Below are positions 1 to 12,350 of a DNA stretch of 64,000 nt, in pieces; position 1 is the stretch's first letter; each line of letters starts with the position of its first letter. The notes beneath the pieces were generated by a model, which had not been told where the DNA came from, searched no databases, and worked only from the letters and a program-made list of their open reading frames with translations. The translations under genes and the position numbers were made by a program. Source of the stretch: Octopus sinensis (taxonomy: Eukaryota); contig NC_043006.1 in assembly GCF_006345805.1 (NCBI RefSeq), positions 70,680,001 to 70,744,000 of the forward strand, written 5' to 3'.

Positions 1-464
1 TACCACTGTCACCACCGCCTCCACTGTATGAATGATTAAGAGTATTCTGTAATCCCCCTGTAGGTATAATAGTTACCCCTTCAAACCAATCAGTTGGTAT
101 TCAACAGTGCAGCCGGCCTCCTGATTAGGTTGGTCAGTACACTGTAATGTTTGTGCATACGCATGTGTGTGTATGTGTGCATGCTGTTGTGGGTGCATAT
201 ATTGTTTGTATGTATATGCACGTTTTGCGTGTATGCATGGATGTTTTGGTTGTGCTGTTTATTTCTGTTGGTATTTGTGTGTATTTCATAGTGGTGTGTG
301 TGTGTGTGTGTGTGTGGTTTTTATCTATGTCTTAGTTTGTAAGTGTGTAGTGTGTCTTATAGTAGGATGTATGTAGTATCTATCTATGCTCTATGTTTGG
401 CTGGTGTGTTTGCATGTGCGTGAGTTAGTGTGTATGCGTCTCTTTTAAAATCATATTTCTGTGT

Positions 465-720
465 ATGTTTGAAAGATGTGATTGCATGTGTGTATGTGTG
501 TGCATTTGTGTATTCACATATCTGTGTATGTGTGCATTTGTATATGTGTATGTGTATTCACATATCTGCGTATGTGTGCATTTGTATTGTATTCCATATC
601 TGTGTGTGTGTTTATTTGTATATGCATATGTGTATTCACATATCTGTATATGCGTATGTATATTCACATATCTTTATATGCGTATGTGTATTCACATATC
701 TGTGTGTGTATGTGTGCATG
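465..720. repeat. TG-derived minisatellite (TGTATTCACATATCTG core)
   Basis: The core recurs about 5 times inside (TG)n/(TA)n sequence. Confidence 0.75.
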
Positions 721-1176
721 CACACACATACATGTCCGGTCATCACTTTATGTTCTGTCAGCAACAGTGTGTAAACAAACACTCTTCTATTGTGTGTGTA
801 TACATTACACACACGTGTTCAATAAGCAGCTATACTCTATTTGTAACAATGTATATCATAACAATATATATAACAATTGTGTGTACATGTGTGTGTATGT
901 GCATATATATATATATACATACACACACACACACATGTGATCAGTTGTTTTTTCACATTTATCCAAAATACAAGCCAAACACCACACATACACACATCTC
1001 CCCCCCCCCTCGTACACTACTTCACCTAACAACCTCCACCCGCACACCTCACCAAACCATTCTTGGAAATGTTCCAAGTTGTATTTTCATTACTTTCAAT
1101 GGTTTCCACTTATATGCTCGTGTCTGTGTGTCCGGCAGGCTTGTGTGTGTCCAAGCAACCACTATGTATGTATGTA

Positions 1177-1211
<35 letters not shown>

Positions 1212-1619
1212 CTGTGTCTGTGTGTGGTGTGTCTAACTATATGTGTATGAGTGTTTGCAGGCTTACATGTGTCTGCGTGTATATGTGTGTGTATGCGTAT
1301 ACACAAATACTGAAAGGTCTCCAATATTCATTCAGAAGACGTGTATGTGTATTTGTCTTTGTGTATATGTATTTGCATATCTGTGTGTGTGTGTGTGTGT
1401 GTGTTCTCTTCTCCCTTCCTCTCTACATTTTTAAAAACTCATTACAGCCTCAACTGACCAAAATATAATGGACAAGAACTAATTGATGTCCAAGTTGCTT
1501 TATCAGACCACTCTCCCTGCTCCACCTCCCTCATTCTTTTACCCTCTCGTTCTCTCTCGCCCCTCCCACCTCAGTCTTTCACCTAATTCACACTAAATTC
1601 CCTCCTCCCACTCTTTCTT

Positions 1620-1760
1620 TTGAACCCACTGACCAAGTTAAGCACAAGGCCAACAACAGTTGCACGGAGCAAGTTATGTCATGTAACCAGCGTCCTTGAG
1701 ACAGCTGACACTTCCAGCTTGCAGTGACCTTCCTGCCTAATACCTTTCCATGTTCTTCTA
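1620..1760 (-). mobile_element. Possible highly decayed RTE C-terminal relic
   Basis: VLGRKVTASWKCQLSQGRWLHDIT weakly resembles GKVEGKRKRGRPRTRWLD. Confidence 0.3.
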
Positions 1761-1763
1761 GCA

Positions 1764-1865
1764 CAGTGGTTCTCAATCAGGGTCCCTGTGACCCTTGCGG
1801 GGATCCATTCAAGATTTAGTTATTACAATTTATGAACAATCGACTGGTTTATACTTCTACAATGG
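1764..1865 (+). mobile_element. Truncated hAT-type MITE end
   Basis: CAGTGGTTCTCAATCAGGG terminus resembling that of the 11202 element; other end not found. Confidence 0.4.
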
Positions 1866-1870
1866 CGCAA

Positions 1871-2225
1871 GAGTGGCTGTGTGGTAAGTAGCTTGCTTAC
1901 CAACTACACAGTTCCAAGTTCAGTCCCACTGCGCGGCACCTTGGGCAAGTGTCTTCTACTATAGCCACAGGCCGACCAAAGCCTTGTGAGTGGATTTGGT
2001 AGATGCAAACTGAAAGAAGCTCATCATATATGTGTGTGTGTCTGTTCCTCCATCGCTTGACAACTAATGCTGGTATGTTTACATCCCCGTAACTTAGCGG
2101 TTCGGCAAAAGAGATGGATAGAATAAGTACTAGGCTTACAAAGAATAAGTCCTGGGGTCAATTTGTTTGACTAAAGGCAGTGCCCCAGCATGGCTGCAGT
2201 CTAATAACTAAAACATGTAAAAATT
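1871..2225 (+). mobile_element. SINE family A (tRNA-like head, central microsatellite, 3' ...GACTGAAACAAGTAAAAGA)
   Basis: TGGCTGTGTGGTAAGTAGCTTGC..GTTCAGTCCCACTG head; many copies in the window. Confidence 0.85.
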
Positions 2226-2268
2226 AAATGATAAATATATATCATATATATATCATTTAATTTTTATG

Positions 2269-2349
<81 letters not shown>

Positions 2350-3591
2350 CATATATATATATGTGCATATATATAGATATATATAATGGGCTTCTTTTAA
2401 TTTTATCTCCTAAATGCACTCAAATGGCTTTCTTAGTGGTATGCAATGCAAATGTGCCCTTCCATCATTTACGATGATTAGGTGTAATTTTGAGAAAGAG
2501 AGTGAGATTTTGCTGCTATGTCTAGCAAGTCAAGCAACTATGTAAAGGCTCTTCTCCCCCTTCCCCAACCACCACCCAATAATCTGCTTATCTTCTAGCT
2601 GTCTGAAGGAGGGAAGTGGCTATAGTAAATATCAGTAATATACTTGGATCAATTCATTCAAGTGTATTTGGTGTGTCCATCAATGAGTCTGTGGTTCCTG
2701 TGACAATTTCAGTCGGTGTTCATGAATGAAAATGTGTCTTAGAAAACGTGGTAAACTCCATCAAGCAAAATGGCCAGGAGGTAGGAAGGAGGGCTTTAAG
2801 AGGAATTTCAGGAACGCTAATGGTGTCACGGCACCCTAGTGGAGTGACGGGTGGGGTGGGCGAATGGTGTGAATTACACTTTCTCACAGAAGCAGCAGCA
2901 GCAGTAGCAGCAGTCTGTTGGCCACGCCTCTGACACACAAGTCGCTCTATGTGTGTGCACGAGTGTATGTGTGAATGCGTGTTTGTGCCTTGTACATGCA
3001 CACACCCTATATCAATGTCAATGCAACTTTCAAATAGTTGCATATAGTGACCTGGATGTCAGAAGAAGGAATAATGATAGTAATAATAATAATCCTTTCT
3101 ACTAAAGGCACAAAGCTTGAAAGTGTAGGGGATGGGACTAGATGATTATATCAACCCCAGTGTTTTACTGGTACTTAATTTATTGACCCCAAAAAGATGA
3201 AAGGCAAACTCAACCTCAGCGAAATTTGAACTCAGAAGCATAAAGACGGACGAAATGCTACTAAGCTTTTTGCCCGACGTGCTAATGATTCTGCCAGCTT
3301 CCTGCCTTGATAATAATAATTATAATAATAACAATAATCCTTTCTATTATATAAGCAATTTGGGTGGAGGGGGCTAGTCAATTAGATCAGCCCCTGTACC
3401 AACCAAAGTCTTGTGAGTGGTTTTGGTATACACACATATGCCACTGTATAATCACACACACATACAATAGCATGTGTATATGCACACACACACACACACC
3501 TCATTATACACACCCCACCCAACCAATCCACCCTGACATTAAATCACTAATTATCATAATTAGATCTGTTCATTTGATTCTCTTTATATAT

Positions 3592-3935
3592 ATTTTACTT
3601 GTTTCAGTCATTGCTCTATGGCCATGCTGGAGCACTGTCTTGAACAGTTTAGTTAAACAAATCAACCCCAGTACTTTTTTGTTTCTTAAGCAATGGTACT
3701 TATTTTATCAGTCTCCTCTGCCAAACTGCTAAGTTTCAAAAACATAAGCAAATAAACATCGGTTATCAAGTGATGGAGGAGGACAAACACACGCACATGT
3801 ACACACAGCAGGCTTGCACACAGTTTCCATCCACCAAATACACTCACTCACAAAAATTTGTCGGCCTAGGGCTATAGTAGAAGACACTTGCCCAGGGTGT
3901 CGCATGCAGTGAGACTGAACCCAACCCCAAACCAT
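3592..3935 (-). mobile_element. SINE family A
   Basis: Reverse-complement match to 1871-2225. Confidence 0.8.
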
Positions 3936-4418
3936 GAAACCATTTCCCCATGAATACGCATGCTTACATGGGAGACTGGACATGGAGGACACCACATGCA
4001 TGAGAGTGATACTTGTTTACAACTATCATGCTAAGTCTAGGCAAGGAGAGGATAATATTCACAAAAGCACATATATACACATACATACATGTATATGTGT
4101 GTGTGTGTGTGTCATCATCATCATTATCATCCAGTGTTTTAAGTCCAGGTTTTGTCCCCATTAACAGGTGTGGCTGGATCTACCTCAATACCATAGCAAC
4201 AGAGGTAGGCAGGTACAGCCCATCCCAACCTTTGTGCTGGCTGGTGCCCATTCTCCTTTGCTATCATGGGGCTTTTTCTATGGGGAGCATGCCCTTGCCT
4301 ACCCCCAACCTCGGTTTCTAGACATGAGTGGTCCCGAGACCAAAGCCTCTACAATGATTTTTAAGAAATGTGGTGGAAAACTAGCTCAGGAAGGCAGGGA
4401 TGCTACTCCCTGAGACTG

Positions 4419-4505
<87 letters not shown>
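4419..4505. repeat. (CT)n microsatellite
   Basis: Directly visible; similar tract at about 31905-31958. Confidence 0.95.
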
Positions 4506-4508
<3 letters not shown>

Positions 4509-4874
4509 AAGGGGATATTAGCATCCAAGTTCCCTGGTTTTATCCAGTGTATTGGTGAAGTACTAAAAAGATGTTAGCTTCTCATCAATGCAAATGGATA
4601 TATTATAATTTATATATAAGAAAAGAAAATGGGGAAATCAACAGATTGGCATCAATTCATTAACACAACTCCAATCCATTGAGATGCGATTCCTTTTTAT
4701 GTCGGTTTCTCACCCTGATGAAATGTTCAATTAACTATATTGAAAATGCATATTTAATTCAATTATCCAGTTGTAATTTGAAATCAATTGAACATGGAAA
4801 CAATTGCAGTTTATAAGAAACTGATGTTATTTGAAATTGGAGTTGTGTTAATAAATTGAGGTTTATCTCTCTTT

Positions 4875-5255
4875 TACTCTTTTAATTGTTTCAGTCATTT
4901 GATTGTGACCATGCTGGAGCACCACCTTTAGTCGAAAAAATCACCCCCAATACTTATTCTTTGTAAGCCTAGTACTTATTCTATCGGTCTCTTTTGCCGA
5001 ACCGCTAAGTTACGGGAACATAAACACACCAGCATTGGTTGTCAAGCGATGTTGTGGGGACAAACACAGGCACACAAACATACACACACACACACACATA
5101 TATATATACATATATATGACAGGCTTCTTTCAGTTTCCATCTACCAAATCCACTCACAAGGCTTTGGTCGGCCTGAGGCTATAGTAGAAGACACTTGCCG
5201 AAGGTGCCATGCAGTGGAACTGTGTGGTTCGTAAGCAAGCTACTTACCATACAGC
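4875..5255 (-). mobile_element. SINE family A (partial second copy at about 5310-5460)
   Basis: Reverse-complement match to family A. Confidence 0.85.
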
Positions 5256-5602
5256 CACTCCTACACCTCTGTGGATTTCTACATTTTCTCTTCTTATACA
5301 CACACACACATATATATGAAGGGCTTCTTTCAGTTTCTGCCTGTCAAGTCAACACAAAAAGCTTTGGTTTGCATGAGTCTATACTAGAAGACACCTGCCC
5401 AAGGTGTCAGAGTGGAACTGAACTCAAGGCCTTGCAGTTGGGAAGCAAACTTCTTACCAGTCAGTTAGGCCTCTACCTACTTAAATATCAATTCCATTCC
5501 ACTTGATAAAACAACTATATCCTTCTGTGTGTATCTGCATTGATTACTTTTGCTACCTACCTGGGTATGTATATGTGCATGTGTGTTTATGCGTGTGTGT
5601 GT

Positions 5603-5624
5603 ATATATATATTATATATATATA

Positions 5625-5692
<68 letters not shown>
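5603..5692. repeat. (TA)n microsatellite
   Basis: Directly visible; similar tracts at about 2270-2375, 36750-36790 and 49150-49365. Confidence 0.95.
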
Positions 5693-5693
<1 letters not shown>

Positions 5694-6809
5694 AAGACAG
5701 GGTAATTGCTCTTTATATGAAAGTCAATACTTCCTGATGTGATGTGGTACATACTTGAATGTGTGTGTGTACACGGAGCTGTATGTGTCCTGTATGTCTA
5801 TATCAGTCTCTGTATGTGTAACTGTTTTGTTTGTGTGTATGTGTGGCTGTGTTTCCAGATCCAGCTGTATGTATGTGTGTGTTTGTACATTGTTTCATTA
5901 ATTGCTCTTTCTACAAATGCCGTATGCGAATGCTGGTGTGTGTTTCTGTGTGTATTTGTTAATAGTTGCTACTGACTCCGTGTATGTGTCTATGTATGTT
6001 CAGTTTGTACTTGTAATTCTATATTTCATAGCAGGTATGTTTGTTTGTGTGTGTGTATGAATATGTATATATATATATATACACACGTGCATACAATACA
6101 TACACACACGTGCTGGGTAGAAGACTGTGTGATACCTTTTTAACAGCACTAGTCCTGCTTTGTATATGTGTAAAGATGTGTGTGTATGTATGTATGTATG
6201 TATGTTCAGTGAAGCAGTTAACACCTGTCAGGTAGCAGCTACCACTGCACTCTCTCTCTCTCTCGCTCTTTCTCTCTCCTCCATCATCCTGCAGTAATCT
6301 ACTATGATGAAGGTCAATGTCACTTGAAAACAGCATCTTGCTATTTATATAGCATTCACTTCCTCTTTCATCTCATCATCTTCAATATAAATCTCATTCA
6401 CATTCTCATTCACATACATACCCATACATACATATACATGCCCACACTCACATGCATACACATACCCATACACTCAGTGTTTCATTCATGTTTTATACAT
6501 AAACAAATGCATTTAAAATTCTGTTTGGAAGATTTATTGTCATGTAGTACTAAATACCCTTGCACCATGTACCGTACTTTTTGGCATACAACTCAACGTA
6601 GTATGTAGTATATAAACAATTTGTGTAAACAAACATCGTCTCTATCTTTCCAATGTTGTCTTGGTGTATAAGACAGACTGTCTTTGTTGGTTGTAAATTT
6701 TGCTCCAAAGAATTTTACTTGTTTTGGCGGAAAATACGGTTGTTGTTCCTCTTGAAGTCTTGAGATTAAATGCTATCAGAATTGTGCTTAACCTTTCATC
6801 CATTCACCA

Positions 6810-7030
6810 TCGTTGTGTAATGTCTGTTATCCATGCTGACATGGTTTGGATAGTTTGACCAGAGCTGGCAAGCTGGGGAGCTGCACCAGACTTTAGTCTG
6901 ACTTGGCATGGTTTCTATGGCTGGATGCCATTCCTAACGCCAACCACTTTACAGAGTGTGCTGGGTGCTTTTACATGCCACTGCACAGGCACTTTTACGT
7001 GACACTGCACAGGTGCTTTTACATGACACT
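6810..7030 (-). mobile_element. Family C RTE 3'-UTR fragment
   Basis: Contains the CTGGATGCCATTCCTAACGCCAACCAC motif. Confidence 0.7.
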
Positions 7031-7769
7031 GCATGGGCTCCTTAATGTGGTACTTCCACAAGTACTTTACACCATCAGAGAGACCAGTCTCAACACTTCT
7101 GCTGTGGGGTACAGGTCTTCTTGGGTACAGCCTGGTGTCTCAGACCTTTGTCATTTGGCCTGAAAGGTTCAACATCCTGAGGTCATTCTTCAGTACTTCA
7201 TCTCATGCCTTCCTGGGTCTCCTACTTCCATGTGTTTCCATTGTGGTTTCAATTCCTGGACCAGGCAACACATTGTGTTCTTGAGCAAAACGCTTCATTT
7301 CACATTGCTACACTTCACTCAGTGTTGCTTAGTGGTTAGGGTGTTGAACTCATGATCGTAAGATTGTGGTTTCGAATCCTGGACCAGGCAACACATTGTG
7401 TTCTCAAGCAAAACACATCATTTCACACAGTGCTCCAATCCACTCAGGTAGTCCAAATGAGTAATCTTACGACAAACTGACATCCCATCAAGGTGGGAAA
7501 TTTATACGTCACCTGGCAAACTGGACCCTTATGAGTCAGCATAACTCAAGAAGGTAACTTTACACTGGCCAATATGCTTGGCAGCATTTGTTCTGGCTTT
7601 ATTTTCCGGGGTCAAATTCTGCTGAGGTCAACTTTACCTTTCAAACTTTCAGGGTTGATGAAATATATGCCAGTACAGCAGCATTGGGGTCAATGTAATC
7701 AACTCTCTCCCTCCCCTAAATTTCCACACCTTGTGCCTATAGTAGAAGTGATTATTATTATTAAATTGC

Positions 7770-8440
7770 CACGCTGTGCTTGAGAAGACCTGTCAAGTCA
7801 ACTGAAGTCGTAGTCGTGGCCAATGTCAGTCCCACTTGGCTGGCACCTATGCTGGTAGCACATAATAAGCACCATTCAAGTGTGGGTTGATGCCAATGCT
7901 GCCTGACTGGGTCCCTATGCCAGTGGAATGTTAAAAGCATCATCTGAATATAATTAATGCCAGTGCCCCCCCCCCTTCCACAACTAGCTCCCGTGCCGGA
8001 GACACGTAAAAGGCACCTTCCAAATGCACTCAATGCCAGTGCCCCCTGACTGGCTCCCGTGCCAGTGGGACACATAAAAAGCACCTTCTGAATGTGGTTG
8101 ATGCTAGTGCTCCATCCCCAAATGGTTCCTGTACCAGTGGCATGTAAAAAGCACTATCCAAACATGGCCAATACCAGTGCCCCCGACTGGCTCCCATACC
8201 GGTGGCACATAAAAAGCACCATCTGAACATGGTCAATATCAGTGCCGCCTGATTAGCTCCGTACTAGTAGCACATAAAAAGTACCCACTACACTCTTGGA
8301 GTGTTTGGTGTTAGCAAGGGCATCCAGCTGTAGAAACCTTACCAGATCAGATTGGAGTCTGGTGCAGCCTACTGGCTTGCTAGTCCTCAGTCAAACCATC
8401 CAACCCATGCCAGCATGGAAAGCAGACATTAACCAATGAT
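7770..8440 (+). mobile_element. Family C RTE 3'-UTR copy with about 7 diverged VNTR units
   Basis: Repeated GCCAGT..ACTGGC..GTGCC.GTGGCAC..AAAAAGCACC units, then the shared 3' end. Confidence 0.85.
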
Positions 8441-8897
8441 AATGAAGGTGGCAAGCTGGCAGAATCATTACCGCACCAGGCAAAATGTTTAGCAGCATTT
8501 CGTCTGTCTCAGCATTAAGAGTTCAAATTCTGCTGAAGCTGACTTTACCTTTCATCCTTTTGAGGTCGATTAAATAAGTACCGGTGGAACACTGGAGTGA
8601 ATGTAATCAGCTAGTCCCCTCCCCCAAGTTTCAGGCCTTGTGCCTATAGTAGAAAAGTTTATTATTATTATTATTATTATTAAGCTGGCAGAATGATTAG
8701 AATGTCAAACAAAAGAATTAGCAGCACTTGTAACTCTTTAGATTTTTGTGTTCAAACCCTGCTGAGATTGAATTTGCTTTTCATTCCACTGCGGTCAGCA
8801 CAGAGTACAAGATGAGCACAGAGGTCGATGTAATTGACTGACACCCTCCTCCTAAAATAGTTGGCCTTGTGCCAAAATTAGAAAAAAAAAAATTACC

Positions 8898-8949
<52 letters not shown>

Positions 8950-9289
8950 GCTACTACTACTACTTCCACCGTTATTAATGCACCTACCTACCTACCTTCT
9001 ACAGATTGCTTAATGCTGGGATGGTTCAAACTGTAACAATGTTGTGTGTTATGGGGAGGGGGTGGCGGTGGAGGTATGTCTTCACATCAGAACCTGTTTA
9101 TCATCTTTCTCCACAACCTGCATACCTCTACCTACCCCCCCCCTCTACAACCGCACCCCCCCCCGCTTCGCTGCTGCAGTAAGTCCGTGGCGGTATTGCC
9201 AACAGTGGAAGGGTCAGGGAGTGGATGTTTGGAGTCGACTTTGTTTGTTTCGTTTGTTATGTTTATTTTTCTAATACGCAACCCACAAA

Positions 9290-10015
9290 ACAACAACAAC
9301 AACATCATCATCATCATCATTGGCATCATCATCAGCAGCAGTAACAGTAGCGGTATTATCTCCAGCATCAGCATTGTAATGCTTATTGTAAATCATCGTT
9401 TCCAATTCGTCCTAATTATCATGCTTATTAACAGTGCAAACACCTCCGTCCCCAACAGCACCACCACCACCACCATCAGCACCACCACAGATATCATCAA
9501 CATCACTTCCACAATTGCTGTCAATATCACTACCACCACCACCACCACCACCACCACCATCATCATCACCGTCACACCACTACCATCGCTACCACCATGG
9601 TCACCACTATTGCCTCCATTATCACTGCCACCAACACTACCACCACCGTCACTGCCACCATCACCACCACCATCATCATCATCACCGTCACACCACTACC
9701 ATCGCTACCACCATGGTCACCACCATCACGACCATGGTCACCACTATTGCCTCCATTATCACTGCCACCAACACTACCACCACCGTCACTGCCACCATCA
9801 CCACCACCATCATCATCATCACCGTCACACCACTACCATCGCTACCACCATGGTCACCACCATCACGACCATGGTCACCACTATTGCCTCCATTATCACT
9901 GCCACCAACACCATCACCACCACCACCACCGTCACTGCCACCATCACCACCACCACCACTACCATCAACACTGCCGCCACTATCACCAGCATCACGACCA
10001 CCACCACCACCTTCA
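9290..10015. repeat. (CAC/CAT)n low-complexity tract with an internal higher-order triplication
   Basis: GTCACACCACTACCATCGCTACCACCATGG at 9571, 9687 and 9824. Confidence 0.9.
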
Positions 10016-10539
10016 TGATCTCTATATGTTTAAGTAAACCAGATTTGTGAGTTAGCATCTACGTGTTAATGTGTTGCCCTGTTTGTATGGTTATGTGTGC
10101 ACGTGCATGTGTGTGTGCACATACACACACGCACACGTGTGTGTATATATGCATCTGTTGAGATCTTACTCAGTGTGTATACACACCTGACTTCTCCATC
10201 ACCACCTCCACCACCTCCTTGGCTTTTTATGCTGTTACGTGATGAGATCCTGCCGAGTGTATACACACATCTGGCCTTGTCCTCATTCTCCCCCTCCATC
10301 ACACATCCTCCGTCCTTTATCTTTAAACTGTTACGGCCAGTAAACCATACATGTGTACTACAATGTGCCTCTACATATGTGTATGAGGGTTTGTTTATAC
10401 ATACACACATACACATGCCATATACTCGGATACAAATACACGCAATCTTCTATCTTTACTTGTTCCAATCATTAGACTGCAGTCATGCTAGATTTAGGTA
10501 AACAAGTTGAGCACGCTATTTATTTATTTATTTTTTACA

Positions 10540-10632
10540 GGCCTGATACTTATTCTATCAGTCTCTTTTTGCCAAACTGCTAAGTTAAGGGCATGTAAAC
10601 AAACCAACACTGGTTGTCGGATGGTGGGGTAA

Positions 10633-10676
<44 letters not shown>

Positions 10677-10815
10677 AAATGTATGTATGACAGGTTTCTT
10701 TTCTGTCTACCAAATCCTCTCACAAGGGTTTGGTTGACCCAGGGCTATAAAAGAAGACACTTGCCCAAGGTGCTACACAGTGGAACTGAACCTTGAACTG
10801 TAGTTGGGAAGCAAC
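10540..10815 (-). mobile_element. SINE family A
   Basis: Reverse-complement match to family A. Confidence 0.8.
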
Positions 10816-10829
10816 TACACCTGCACCTA

Positions 10830-10870
<41 letters not shown>

Positions 10871-10887
10871 TCATCATATATATATAT

Positions 10888-11189
10888 ATTATTTACATTT
10901 GACAGGTATTTGTCCTCATCTTTGTTGTTAACACGTTTTGGCTGATATACTCTCCAGCCTTCATCAGGTGTCTGAGGGAAATTTCAAACCTGGGTTCTCA
11001 TTCCTAAGGTATTTTTTCAATGTTGTTGTTATTATTATTATTATTCAGGTCATTGCCTGGAATCAAACTCGGAATCTTAGGGTTAGCAGCTTGCGCTCTT
11101 AACCACTACGCCATATGCCTATGGGCATCCGTCAATTGTAAATAACATAAATAATGTACATAATTCCTCATCTCTTAAATATAGAACTG
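10888..11189 (-). mobile_element. SINE family E copy with inverted 3'-tail fragment abutting its 5' end
   Basis: Minus-strand head (TGGCGTAGTGGTTAAGAGC..GAGTTTGATTCC) at about 11045-11126; decayed hammerhead at 10929-10972; tail sequence in the opposite orientation at 11127-11189. Confidence 0.85.
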
Positions 11190-11201
11190 CATTATATATA
11201 T

Positions 11202-11402
11202 CAGTGGTTTTCAATCAGGGTTCCGCCAGTACAGTCCAGGGGTTCCACAATAAGTTACAAAACTGCTAAGATCGGCAGTAATTTTTAATTCTCCTGTGCA
11301 GAAATGTGTGCATAAGACTATTAAATTATTGCACAGAGGTTCCTCGAGCCAGTGGAATGTTTCATTGGGGTTCCACTCCAGCAAAAAGTTTGAAAAGCAC
11401 TG
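11202..11402. mobile_element. hAT (Charlie-like) MITE
   Basis: TIRs CAGTGGTTTTCAA / TTGAAAAGCACTG; 8-bp flanks ATATATAT on both sides (within a TA tract, so weak as a TSD). Confidence 0.8.
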
Positions 11403-11419
11403 ATATATATATATATATC

Positions 11420-11640
11420 ATCATCATCATTGTTTAACGTCCTCTTTCCATGCTGGCATGGGTTGGACAGTTTGACATGGAGCTGGCTAACAGGGAGCTG
11501 TTCAGACACCAACTGTCTGTTTTGACATGGTTTTTACAGCCGGATGCCCTTCCTAACACCAACCATGTAACAGAGTGTGCTGGGTGCTTTTCATGTGCCA
11601 CCAGCACAGGTACATTTACATAGCACTGGCTGTACATTTA
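11420..11640 (-). mobile_element. Family C RTE 3'-UTR fragment
   Basis: (CAT)n tail, TTTAACGTCC..CATGCTGGCATGGGTTGGAC motif. Confidence 0.75.
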
Positions 11641-11945
11641 TAAGTACAGCAAATCACTAAATCTCCCAGTCCTTTGTCATTTCCTCAGTAAAGCCCAGCA
11701 TTCGAAGATCCTTTCTCACCACTTTGTCCCACATCTTCCTGGGTCCACCCTTTCCATAGGTACCCTCCACAATTAGAGCTCAAACTTCTTTACACAGATG
11801 CCCTCATCCATATGCATCACATGACCAAACCAGTACAGTCTTCTCTCTTGCACACAACATCTGATGCCTCTTATACCCAGTTTTCCTCTTAAATCATTTA
11901 CATTATGATGCATACACACTGCCATTACCCATCCAGCGAAATCCA
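11640..11945 (-). mobile_element. RTE LINE ORF C-terminal relic
   Basis: LRGKLGIRGIRCCVQERRLYWFGHVMHMDEGICVKK. Confidence 0.8.
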
Positions 11946-12074
11946 GCTTCGTATATATATTAGCTGAGGTGTCGGGTTGAATACTCTCCAGTTGTGCATT
12001 CAGATCTATTTCAAAATTGATTTGTGCTTCTTGGAATAAAGAGTTTACTCTGTCTTGATTCAGTTTACCCAGCT

Positions 12075-12350
12075 CTCAGTAATAGGTACCTCATAAATGA
12101 TGGTTCAGTCTTAGACCACAGTCCACAAATCACTTCACCCAGATGTCAATAACAGGTACCAGATCAATATAAATCAGCCTCAGACTAATCAGTTCACCCA
12201 GATATCAATCATAGATACATGATCAATATATTTCAGTTTAAAACCACAGTCTAATCAATTCATTTAGTTGTCAATAAGCTCCAGGTCAATATAGTTTAGC
12301 CTCAGACCACAGTTTCCCAATCAGCTCACCTAGCTGTCAGTAATAGGTCA
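12075..12350. repeat. Degenerate ~60-bp tandem repeat; related tract at 22250-22670
   Basis: Recurrent CTCAGACCACAGT..AATCAG..TCACC.AG.TGTCAATAACAGGTACCAGATCAATAT motifs in both tracts. Confidence 0.6.

Noticed and set aside
147-1468. Many Cys/Val/Tyr-rich ORFs (also at 12590-12951, 32204-32613, 41900-42188, 49034-49396)
   Set aside because: Translations of (TG)n, (TA)n and (CA)n microsatellites.
4168-4204. 37-bp plus-strand micro-exon candidate (VWLDLPQYHSNR)
   Set aside because: Splice signals are moderate only; no homology or phase partner to support it.
4650-4850. CTGATGA...GAAA pattern (about 4715-4755) inside a 25-bp inverted repeat pair
   Set aside because: Stem II is possible, but there is an extra A after GAAA and stem I cannot form; not counted as a hammerhead.
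7320-7385. tRNA genes at the tRNA-like heads (also 13584, 18230-18290, 22680, 46535)
   Set aside because: Cloverleafs are incomplete and each continues into a shared SINE body.
9046-10050. 334-aa ORF and overlapping long ORFs
   Set aside because: Produced by a stop-free CAC/CAT tract; open in several frames on both strands; no domain or credible splice context.
11950-12075. Open minus-strand stretch KLNQDRVNSLFQEAQINFEIDLNAQLESIQPD as an exon
   Set aside because: No good splice sites; runs directly into an RTE C-terminal relic and resembles a LINE linker region.
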